Source: a virus (lineage: Duplodnaviria; Caudoviricetes). From it: a DNA stretch of 54,430 nt. Position numbers and translations under genes: made by a program. The DNA lies in IMG/VR virus record IMGVR_UViG_3300050011_000409, positions 1 through 54,430 of that record. One strand, 5' to 3'. Shown here piece by piece: positions 35,941-43,400 of the stretch; position 1 is the first letter of the stretch, and every line of letters begins with the position of its first letter. Under the pieces are notes generated by a model. It made no database searches, had not been told where the DNA came from, and saw only the letters and a program-made list of their open reading frames with translations.

Positions 35941-36600
35941 TCAGGCGCCAATGATTTGCGGATCGTCCAAGTGCGCTTGGCACTCTTTTAAAATCTGTTG
36001 TTCAGTCCTAAGCTGGTGAATCCCCCAGCCTTTGCTGATGTTCTCCTGGCTTAACCGCTGGCCCCGGTCGCGCGTGCCCCGGTCAATCCAGAAGCAGGAG
36101 TCCGCGTTCGCCCAGTGCGCGCCGCCCCAAGGCTTGCCCCATTTGTAATGCGCCGGGAAGTTCGCGTTATGGTTCCCCGCCCCCAGCATCACGCCTTGTG
36201 GCCGAAATATGGCTGGCTTCTTGTGGTCAGGCTGGCCGTGCAACCGTTGCAGGAGGGGCGGTTTCAGCCGATCAATGTCCCCGTCCGTGCGATGCCGCCA
36301 CACGCGGGACATTTCGCACATGATGATCGAACCCTGTTCCTGCTCAAGCGCCAGGCGCGGGTCGGTTCCGAGCGGCAGCGGGAAGACAAACTCATCCAGG
36401 TCAACAACGATCACCCAGTCGGCGTCCGAGCGGGCGATGGCGCGGTTGATCCAGTTCATCTTTGGAACATCGTCAAACTTGCCGTCGGGAAACCTGTCTG
36501 TCAGCAGGCTGATCCGGTCAACAAAACTTTCGTAGTGCATCAAAAAAAGAGGCGCGAGAAATTCTTCCCGGTAGTAAGTCACAATCAGTTCGACTTTCAT
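35941..36600 (-). CDS. Glycosyltransferase (GT2-like)
   Basis: EEFLAPLFLMHY, ADWVIVVDLDEFV, KPAIF..GAGNH. Confidence 0.8.
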   Translation of the reverse strand: MKVELIVTYYREEFLAPLFLMHYESFVDRISLLTDRFPDGKFDDVPKMNWINRAIARSDADWVIVVDLDEFVFPLPLGTDPRLALEQEQGSIIMCEMSRVWRHRTDGDIDRLKPPLLQRLHGQPDHKKPAIFRPQGVMLGAGNHNANFPAHYKWGKPWGGAHWANADSCFWIDRGTRDRGQRLSQENISKGWGIHQLRTEQQILKECQAHLDDPQIIGA

Positions 36601-37220
36601 TTTTCCTTGCGAATTATACACAAATCTTTTGAAATCATCATTTCGTCTATGTCGTTTCCAAAGACAACTGGTTTTATAAAATCCTCTACGAATTGAATCT
36701 GATCCGGGAATCCGGGCGTGTGGCTGTCCGGGTTTCTGACCTCGGTGATGTCCTCGACGATGTAATATCCGCCGGATTTGACGCGTGGCCAGAGGCATTT
36801 GAACGCGGCGTGAATCGGGCCGGAGAAGTGGCAGCCATCGTCAATGACGACATGGAATCGAGGCAGTAAATCAAAATTATTATTCCAGAAGATTTCATCA
36901 GACTGATCGCCTTGCAGGAAGATAAATCGCTCAAGATTTTCAATGCCAGCTTCATTCTTAAATTCGTTTATGTCCACGCCATAAACCGTTGCGCGCGTGA
37001 AATACTCAAGCCACAGTTTTACCGACGCGCCTTTGTTCAGTCCTATCTCCAAGAAGCAGATTGGTTCGTCGCGCCACTTGGAAAGTTCGCGCTCATAAAA
37101 CCGAAGGTAATCGTGACAGACATAACCGCCGGGCGTGAAAGATTTTTTGTCCGTCCACAGTTCGGGGACTTTCTCGCGGTGCGCGATCTCGTCCAAAGTG
37201 GGTCTTGGTTTTTCGTTCAT
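36597..37220 (-). CDS. Class I SAM-dependent methyltransferase (sugar O-methyltransferase-like)
   Basis: TDK..HDYLRFYE, FLEIGLNKGAS, YGVDI, GDQSD, VIDDGCH, GGYYIVED. Confidence 0.88.
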   Translation of the reverse strand: MNEKPRPTLDEIAHREKVPELWTDKKSFTPGGYVCHDYLRFYERELSKWRDEPICFLEIGLNKGASVKLWLEYFTRATVYGVDINEFKNEAGIENLERFIFLQGDQSDEIFWNNNFDLLPRFHVVIDDGCHFSGPIHAAFKCLWPRVKSGGYYIVEDITEVRNPDSHTPGFPDQIQFVEDFIKPVVFGNDIDEMMISKDLCIIRKEK

Positions 37221-37879
37221 CGGTTGTTCATGCTCAAATCCGGCCAGCCTGGATAAAAGTCTTTCACGCGCGGTCTTCGTGGACCGCTTCCTATCCATCG
37301 TTCTGCTGCATATCTGTTCGGCCATGTTGCTTCGGGAAGTGGTGGTAGTGTAGCTAAGAATTGTGCCGTCGTCCAGAAAAATGTCCCGCCGAAAAACGGA
37401 CTGGCCACGGCCCCTGGATTTGTTTCCGGTGTCAGCCAGTGGCAGCCGCAGGCGTCCTGCCCGTTCTCAAGTTCCCTGACGCAGTTGCGCCAGTTCCAGA
37501 TGCAGGCTTGCCCCATGCGCTCGCGCCATGCCATGTCGGAAGGAAGCCAGGGGTGAGTCACCCCCTTAAAATGTAAATAAAACACCTTCCAATCTTTGTG
37601 AGTTGGCAGCCATTGCCTGATGAGATTCATGGTGGGAATTTCGGTCGTGGCACCGACGCCATGTGAAATAATTTTGGCTTTGGCCGGCGCGAACAGACGC
37701 GCAATGTCCGCATCTTCTTTACCGCCGTTGACGCCGACGATCATTTCGTCGGTTGCCACCAGCAGCCCGCTTTTCTTCATCGCGTCCATCTGTTCGGCCA
37801 TGATATGGCAGGCGTAGCCGGTGTCAATCCAGCGTGAACCGTCCGAAAATATCGTATGCCAGAAAATTGCAATTTTCAT
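37217..37879 (-). CDS. Glycosyltransferase-like protein (YxHxKG..GxFFW..R..AERWIG family)
   Basis: EIPTM, VFYLHFKGV, FFGGTFFWT, RYAAERWIG. Confidence 0.65.
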   Translation of the reverse strand: MKIAIFWHTIFSDGSRWIDTGYACHIMAEQMDAMKKSGLLVATDEMIVGVNGGKEDADIARLFAPAKAKIISHGVGATTEIPTMNLIRQWLPTHKDWKVFYLHFKGVTHPWLPSDMAWRERMGQACIWNWRNCVRELENGQDACGCHWLTPETNPGAVASPFFGGTFFWTTAQFLATLPPLPEATWPNRYAAERWIGSGPRRPRVKDFYPGWPDLSMNNR

Positions 37880-38583
37880 TTGAACGGCTGGTTGGTCGCC
37901 TGTTCCCAGTTCCTGCGTCTCTCGGGCGGCACAGCGAAGTAGTGGTCGGAATGGTTTGCCCACAAAACGCAGTTGCTTTGGTCGCCCTTCCAGAGGATGT
38001 TTTCAGGTTTGCGCCAATCGAGCGGCCCCCATTCGCCATCCCATGTCACCAAACGGACGGGCAATCCCTTCGCCCATGCCCGGCGCCACAGAGAATTTAA
38101 TCCGTGCTCGAACTCGTAGCGTTGTGGATGCTGAGTCACCAGCGGATACTCGCGTAGCAGTTGCGGCGGACACATGAAAGCCGTGGTATTGAGATGACCG
38201 CGCACTGAATTAGACGAGAATGGCCCGTAGAATCCAGACCCATTCCTTTCCCAACTGTCCGCCAGCCTTTGCAACCAGCCGGCCCGGTGGAAATAAACCG
38301 ACTCGCCCAAGCACAAGACCGCCATCGCATCCTTAGCCGGCCCGCGCGCCGCCTCCAAGTAGCCGGACACGTCCCGGCCTTCATCGTTTCTGCGCGGAAA
38401 GAAATGCGCTTTGATGCCCATGAAAATTGTGGCGGTTTCCACATTCGGCGGCCCGCCATTGCAAATGACTGTCAACCGATATTCGGCGTGCGGGGGGAAT
38501 TCGTGCCACGTTGCCACAAACCTTGCGGCCAGATCCAAAGTCCTTGGAGCGCCGATGACAGATGTGTAAAGAACGTCAATCAA
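37876..38583 (-). CDS. Glycosyltransferase-like protein
   Basis: VICNGG, NDEGRDVSGY, HLNTTAF, RYEFEHG; cluster context. Confidence 0.55.
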   Translation of the reverse strand: MIDVLYTSVIGAPRTLDLAARFVATWHEFPPHAEYRLTVICNGGPPNVETATIFMGIKAHFFPRRNDEGRDVSGYLEAARGPAKDAMAVLCLGESVYFHRAGWLQRLADSWERNGSGFYGPFSSNSVRGHLNTTAFMCPPQLLREYPLVTQHPQRYEFEHGLNSLWRRAWAKGLPVRLVTWDGEWGPLDWRKPENILWKGDQSNCVLWANHSDHYFAVPPERRRNWEQATNQPFK

Positions 38584-39310
38584 TGGCCTCCTGTGCGGTT
38601 GCGGTCTTGGCGGAGTCCTGAAGCTGTTGCCGCTCTGTCAGCATCCAGCAGCGCGGATCGAGCCGGTCCCACACATCGGCCTTCGTGTGATCCACAATAT
38701 GTTCAATCGGGCACCACACTTTCAGCCTCAAGAGGCACAAACAAGCAGCGCACGATTGCAACTGCGCGTCGAAGGGTGTTTCGAGCTTTAGGTCGGATCG
38801 GGCCGAGAGTGTTGCGCGGATGGTTTCCGCCGGGGCCACAGTGAACCAACTGCCGACGACGTTTTTTGGACAGAGCGAACATACTGCCGCCCGCGCGGAA
38901 GCCAAGTTTGGATCAACGGGTTTTCCGCCGCTCAACAGCCAGTCCAACACGACAGCGGTTCCGGCCGCAGCCGTCCTAATGTCCCCCGCAGCAGCCAAGA
39001 CGCGGTGCGGCAGGTTTGAGAAGTCCACTTTTTTTGACGGCTGGGATAGCTCCGGCCCTCCTTTCCCAAGGACATAAATATCCGCGCCAGGGATCGCGAG
39101 GCAGCGCAGCGCATTTGACTGGTCAATGAAGTTGGCGATTTTGGCCGGGTCGGTCGGCAGTTTCAAATGCGGGTTGCTGCGCGCAACGCCTTCAAACCAT
39201 GTCACGCCGTCGCCCATAGACCAGAAAATGCGCGTCTGGCTAATTGCCGAAATGGTAACGACGAATCCTCCAGGCGGACATTGTGTTCGTGATTTCAAGC
39301 GGACTGACAT
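38576..39310 (-). CDS. Cys-rich hypothetical protein heading the GT/portal cluster
   Basis: RAAVCSLCPKN..CAACLCLLRLKVW..CW; promoter TTGAAT-16-CATGCT-6-ATG. Confidence 0.7.
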   Translation of the reverse strand: MSVRLKSRTQCPPGGFVVTISAISQTRIFWSMGDGVTWFEGVARSNPHLKLPTDPAKIANFIDQSNALRCLAIPGADIYVLGKGGPELSQPSKKVDFSNLPHRVLAAAGDIRTAAAGTAVVLDWLLSGGKPVDPNLASARAAVCSLCPKNVVGSWFTVAPAETIRATLSARSDLKLETPFDAQLQSCAACLCLLRLKVWCPIEHIVDHTKADVWDRLDPRCWMLTERQQLQDSAKTATAQEAID

Positions 39311-39700
39311 TGCACAAGCATGACACAAGTGCCGCGAAATTCAAGAGAGAACGGGAAAAACAAAAAACAGAAAGAGAAAAGCCCCCCCACCCCCGCACTA
39401 CAAGGGGTTCCTGTTCATTCAGGCAAAAGACCTAGAGCAAAAAGAAAACCGCAATCCTCTGAATGCTGGCGGGGTGTTAGCAAGCAACCCGGCGTCCTAG
39501 GAGTCTCACGCCTTTCACCAGCAGTCAGAGGACTGTTCGTTTTCCTTTTACACCACGAAGGGGAGACTGCTGCCATCGCACATCGTTCACACCAAGAAAC
39601 ACCCGAAGGCGCACCGGCCATGTTGCAGGTTCCCTATGTCCATGCTGCCCGTCAGCAAAGAACACCAGCCGCTCGAAGTCAAAGCTCGAATCGCGGCAGC

Positions 39701-39851
39701 AAAAAGCCCGCCGAGTGTTCAATTCGACGGGCTGTAATGTTTACTTCGAGTTCAGACAACGGCCTGAAAAGACCGCCATCCAATTCTAAAAGACGATTAA
39801 CTTGAATTAACATTACAATGCAAGTGTGCTTCAAATTACCGAAGCTGTCAA
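39701..39851 (-). ncRNA. Candidate small RNA with its own promoter and terminator
   Basis: TTGACA-17-CACACT; tgtaatgtt/aacattaca-closed hairpin; terminator agcccgtcga/tcggcgggct-ttttg. Confidence 0.45.
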
Positions 39852-39907
39852 ACTTTTTTTTTACCGGGTGTCAGGACAGCGGACACCCCTATCAGGACGC
39901 GCCAGCC

Positions 39908-40108
39908 TCAATCGTGGCGCGGTTTTTTTGCGTCTGGACTGGTCGAATCGGCAATATCGCCTTTTGACACGATGCTGGGTTTTCGTCTGCCCTTCGCCCG
40001 TAGCGTCTTCATCGCCGCGCTGCGTTCGGCGGCGGACAGCCCGCTCCACCGTTTTGCGGCAGAGCGAGCCTGAAGTGCCCGCATGTATTCTGAAATGGCT
40101 GGGTTCAT
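39908..40108 (-). CDS. Small basic protein
   Basis: SEYMRAL..AKRWSGLSAAERS; ATGA overlap. Confidence 0.6.
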   Translation of the reverse strand: MNPAISEYMRALQARSAAKRWSGLSAAERSAAMKTLRAKGRRKPSIVSKGDIADSTSPDAKKPRHD

Positions 40109-40341
40109 TGGTTTTTAGGTCCAAAGAATTTGTCCGATTTGTTATCGAAGTTTTGGCCGCCAGCCATGCCCCAAGCCTCGCCGGTTTGCGTGTTGAGAAT
40201 CAGCGCATAGCCGTTACATACCGCAACTTTGTATTTGCCAACGGAGTTTGATGACGATGATTCCGCGCCCATGACAAACATGGCCGCGACGCCGATGACT
40301 ACTCCGCACAGCAGACTTTTCAGACCAATTTTATTTTTCAT
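40105..40341 (-). CDS. Small exported/membrane protein
   Basis: N-terminal hydrophobic helix then VGKYKV..LILNTQTGEAW. Confidence 0.7.
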   Translation of the reverse strand: MKNKIGLKSLLCGVVIGVAAMFVMGAESSSSNSVGKYKVAVCNGYALILNTQTGEAWGMAGGQNFDNKSDKFFGPKNQ

Positions 40342-40408
40342 TTTTGCCTTTCGTTCGTGCGGCTTAATTGCCGCGTGCTGTCCCCTGTCACGGAACAGAC
40401 CGCGAAAA

Positions 40409-40504
40409 TCACAACGCGCAATAAAAGAACAGGACGATTGCAAACCACACCGCAAACCACGCCGCGTCCTTCGCCAGCAAAAGAAAGAATTTTGTCAGGG
40501 TCAT
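40409..40504 (-). CDS. 31-aa hydrophobic peptide (MTLTKFFLLLAKDAAWFAVWFAIVLFFYCAL)
   Basis: ATGA overlap with 40501..40806; below the ORF-track cutoff. Confidence 0.45.
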   Translation of the reverse strand: MTLTKFFLLLAKDAAWFAVWFAIVLFFYCAL

Positions 40505-40806
40505 GGTGTTGCCTTTCCGGTAGCCGTTTTAATCGCGGCGCGGGCTTGCTCTTTCGCCTCACGATAAACCTGCCCGCGCGTCCGGTTGATTGAACCAGTG
40601 GCGAGAATATCTTCAAAACATTTCTGCCCTGCATCCTCCAAGTTTTGCAGCGCCTCCAGAAGCGCGGCGTTATTTGCGGTCAAGCGTGCATTTTCCTCAT
40701 TGATCTCGTGCATGGACAAACCTGTTATCGGGTGAGTGACCGCCGCTGCGCGTGCGCTGTTCGCGGCCTCCTCCGCCCATTTGTTTTTTATTTCAATTTT
40801 CATCAT
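40501..40806 (-). CDS. Hypothetical protein (ALLEAL..ARAAIKTATG motif)
   Basis: Motif common in small phage early proteins. Confidence 0.65.
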   Translation of the reverse strand: MMKIEIKNKWAEEAANSARAAAVTHPITGLSMHEINEENARLTANNAALLEALQNLEDAGQKCFEDILATGSINRTRGQVYREAKEQARAAIKTATGKATP

Positions 40807-40830
40807 AAAGTTTCCTGTTGTTCTTGCGGT

Positions 40831-41016
40831 TCAACTCGTGACTTTGGCCGTGCCAACTTCGTTGCCGTTAATGTCGAGCACGCTGGCTTCAACTGGTGCC
40901 GCTGCCCATTGACCGCGCAATTGTTCAAGCGCCGCCCAGACGGCGCGCTTCGCCTCATCCGTGCCGCCATCTTCAAACGCCGCGTTGTCCATCGTGATTT
41001 CAATTTTCAATTTCAT
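40831..41016 (-). CDS. Hypothetical protein
   Basis: MKLKIEITMDNAAFED..LDINGNEVG, a recurrent small phage protein pattern. Confidence 0.7.
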   Translation of the reverse strand: MKLKIEITMDNAAFEDGGTDEAKRAVWAALEQLRGQWAAAPVEASVLDINGNEVGTAKVTS

Positions 41017-41084
41017 AGTTTTGTTCCTGTCGTTTGTTTCTGGCTTCTGGCCAGACGTTGCCCGCTGCGACAGGCAAGGTCTAA

Positions 41085-41375
41085 TCAGTGACCGCTGCGA
41101 ATTGCGGCGTAGTTGGCGTAAGCATCCCGCAAAACCTTGAGCGAATTTTCATCTCTCAAACCATTAGCCAGCGGACCGGACTGCAAAACGATTAAAGCCG
41201 CGTCTGCCAAGGCCACGAGCGCGGCGTGCTCGACCTTAGCCTCGTGCGCGATTGCATACATAGTCTCGATCTCGGTCACATCATCGCAACCCGTCGCGCT
41301 ATGCCGATAAACTTCAATTACAGTCTTAATAGCTGACGGGATCACCGTCAGCTTGTCTTGATTTTGATTTTTCAT
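41085..41375 (-). CDS. Hypothetical protein
   Basis: First ORF after a minus-strand TTGACG promoter at about 41450. Confidence 0.6.
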   Translation of the reverse strand: MKNQNQDKLTVIPSAIKTVIEVYRHSATGCDDVTEIETMYAIAHEAKVEHAALVALADAALIVLQSGPLANGLRDENSLKVLRDAYANYAAIRSGH

Positions 41376-41599
41376 AATTTCGATTTCGTTTCCTTCTCCG
41401 GCTTACTGGGCCTTGTCTGTCACCAATATATATGACGCAACCGCTACGTCAACAATTATTCATCCTCTTTCACCCTGATTCTGGCGTAGGGGATTCACTT
41501 AGGGGTTTCCCCGATACGGGCGCCGCGCGCGCCGCCCGCGCCTGGCGGAATACAATGCTCGCGCTTGACTCGCGGCCCGGCCTGCGCCAGATTCAACCA

Positions 41600-41992
41600 A
41601 TGACCGAAACCGCAACCGAACCAGCCCCAGCCCGGACCTGCAGCCCGGACAATCAGCCCAGCGCACCAGAGCCGGCCTCTACCGATATTCACCCGATACA
41701 ACTTGTGTCCCCAAAACTGCCGCGCCGCAAAACCTCGCGCGTCCAGCAAACCGTCCAGGCCGCCAACCTTCAACGCTTTACTTACGATTGCGGAATCGCT
41801 CTACGACAAGAGTTGATGAAAGATGGAGAATTGAAGATTACACGCGAAGATGCTCAGGCTCTTGGCCAGCTTGTCAAGGCGTGGGACACCGCGGCAGATC
41901 GCCTGCGCGTGCTTCGCGGCAAGGGTCTACCGGCCAGCGTGCGGTCAAAGCCTGCCAAGAACGCGAGCGTCGAGCCACTGAACCCAGCGTGA
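41600..41992 (+). CDS. Hypothetical protein, terminase small subunit candidate
   Basis: TTGACT-17-CAGATT-6-ATG; helical with a basic C-terminus; followed by a long non-coding region; function is a guess. Confidence 0.4.
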   Translation: MTETATEPAPARTCSPDNQPSAPEPASTDIHPIQLVSPKLPRRKTSRVQQTVQAANLQRFTYDCGIALRQELMKDGELKITREDAQALGQLVKAWDTAADRLRVLRGKGLPASVRSKPAKNASVEPLNPA

Positions 41993-42582
41993 CTTGCAAC
42001 TAAGTGGGATTTTAAAGAGTTTTTGGGTGAGGTTGTCAAGAACAAAAGCATGGACAATCCTACTATCTTGAACCCAGCCTGATCTTGCTCAGGAGTTTAA
42101 GTCCTGTGAGTCTAAACAGAAACCCCAATGTTTAACACTGTTTCATTGAGAAACACTGGCGTTGTGCCACTGTTTGTGCCACTTCGTCGAGTCAAACCAT
42201 CAGAAGTTTAGGGAGTCTCCTTGCGCTCCGGGACCGTCTGGACGGGGTGGCAGCCGGTACCCGCTTCTGGCCGGCCGGGTCCTCATTCCATAAAGGAGGT
42301 GTTCCGAGAGAACGTGCTTCTGAGGTATTTCGTGCCCAAGGCAATGGAATTGGGTGTTTTGTGGGTGGGTAGGGAAACTCCCGGCCTGCCGAGGGTCTGG
42401 CCCGTTATTTATTCGCAATCCCTCCGGTGGAGTGTAAGCGGGCTGAAAGGGTTAGACTGTAAAGCAGCGCGGGATTGTCCTTGCGGTTCAATGTTTAACG
42501 AGCTGCCGCAGACCGTGCTTGCACGCTGTCGTCCCATGCTCGCGTCGTCCTTTGTGAAGGGGCGCCGATTTATGTCGCCGGC

Positions 42583-42918
42583 TCAATATCTGGCGCAGAC
42601 ACTACCGTAAGAAGTCCGGCGCAACCATTTCAGGTTTTCGGGCGGGATTCTTCTGCGAAAGTGAGCCTCGGCCTGCGCCTCGAAGGGCGCATCAATTTTC
42701 TCTTGTTCGTGATGATTTGAATGGCAAATGCCGCAAAGAACTTCCAAGTCGTTCACATCGCAGTCAAGCCAATGCCGCCTGTATCTGAGGTGATGGACTT
42801 CCAGATGATCGGTTCGACCGCAGCGGATGCATTTTCGACTGGCCAATTCGAGTTTCTTGGCTCGAAGCGCCTTCCAGTGGTCGGATTGCAGGTATTGCTT
42901 GTAGCTATGGAAGGCCAT
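42583..42918 (-). CDS. HNH endonuclease
   Basis: YLQSDHWKALR..CIRCG..LEVHHLRY..DLEVLCGICH. Confidence 0.88.
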   Translation of the reverse strand: MAFHSYKQYLQSDHWKALRAKKLELASRKCIRCGRTDHLEVHHLRYRRHWLDCDVNDLEVLCGICHSNHHEQEKIDAPFEAQAEAHFRRRIPPENLKWLRRTSYGSVCARY

Positions 42919-42924
42919 GGCGGG

Positions 42925-43046
42925 AAAAGGAAAAGGCACCGAGCCAAGACGATTGCGGCGACTTGTCCCTTGCGGGAAGCTCGGTGCCAAATTGTTACTC
43001 GCAATCGTCATGGGCAACCATAAATCATCCCGGGCGGAGTTGTCAA
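42925..43046 (-). ncRNA. Promoter plus pseudoknot/attenuator-type leader of an HNH gene
   Basis: TTGACA-18-TATGGT; gacgattgcg/cgcaatcgtc crossing ggcaccgagc/gctcggtgcc; GCAA tetraloop hairpin; U-tract. Confidence 0.55.
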
Positions 43047-43079
43047 GGGGATGATTTTGGTTTATCGTCTGGGGTAGCC

Positions 43080-43271
43080 ATGAACGACTACCCGCCACTT
43101 GACGTTGACTTTGACGATCTTCACGACCGATTGACGAAGAACGTCGGCAGGCCGATCAGTTTGGACGAATGGGGACTCATCATCACGGGGTTGAGAATAG
43201 GCAAATCCATTGTGATTCAGGGAGGAAAAATTTACTTGCGCGAAACCAGCGGTCACGATCTGGCCGCGTAA
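43080..43271 (+). CDS. Hypothetical protein (63 aa)
   Basis: ATG 43080, protein-like composition. Confidence 0.45.
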   Translation: MNDYPPLDVDFDDLHDRLTKNVGRPISLDEWGLIITGLRIGKSIVIQGGKIYLRETSGHDLAA

Positions 43272-43400
43272 AACGCTCCACGGCTCGATTTGCGCTCTGG
43301 GTGGTATCGTCCAGCGACCGGGGGGGTGAAAGTGGCGGGCGCGAAGGCTGGCGCGCGGCGTGCCCGGGCGTGGTCGAAGGTCGGGAGGGTGGGGGAGGGT

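Noticed and set aside
39320-39805. 161-aa plus-strand ORF
   Set aside because: Low-complexity translation across a region dense in RNA-like stems and an opposing promoter/terminator; treated as non-coding.
42426-42500. tRNA-Tyr-like string (ggtggagtg..agcggg..aaaggg..agactgtaaa..ggttcaat)
   Set aside because: Anticodon, T and acceptor stems do not pair and there is no CCA; at best a decayed remnant, probably chance. tRNAscan-SE/ARAGORN would settle it.
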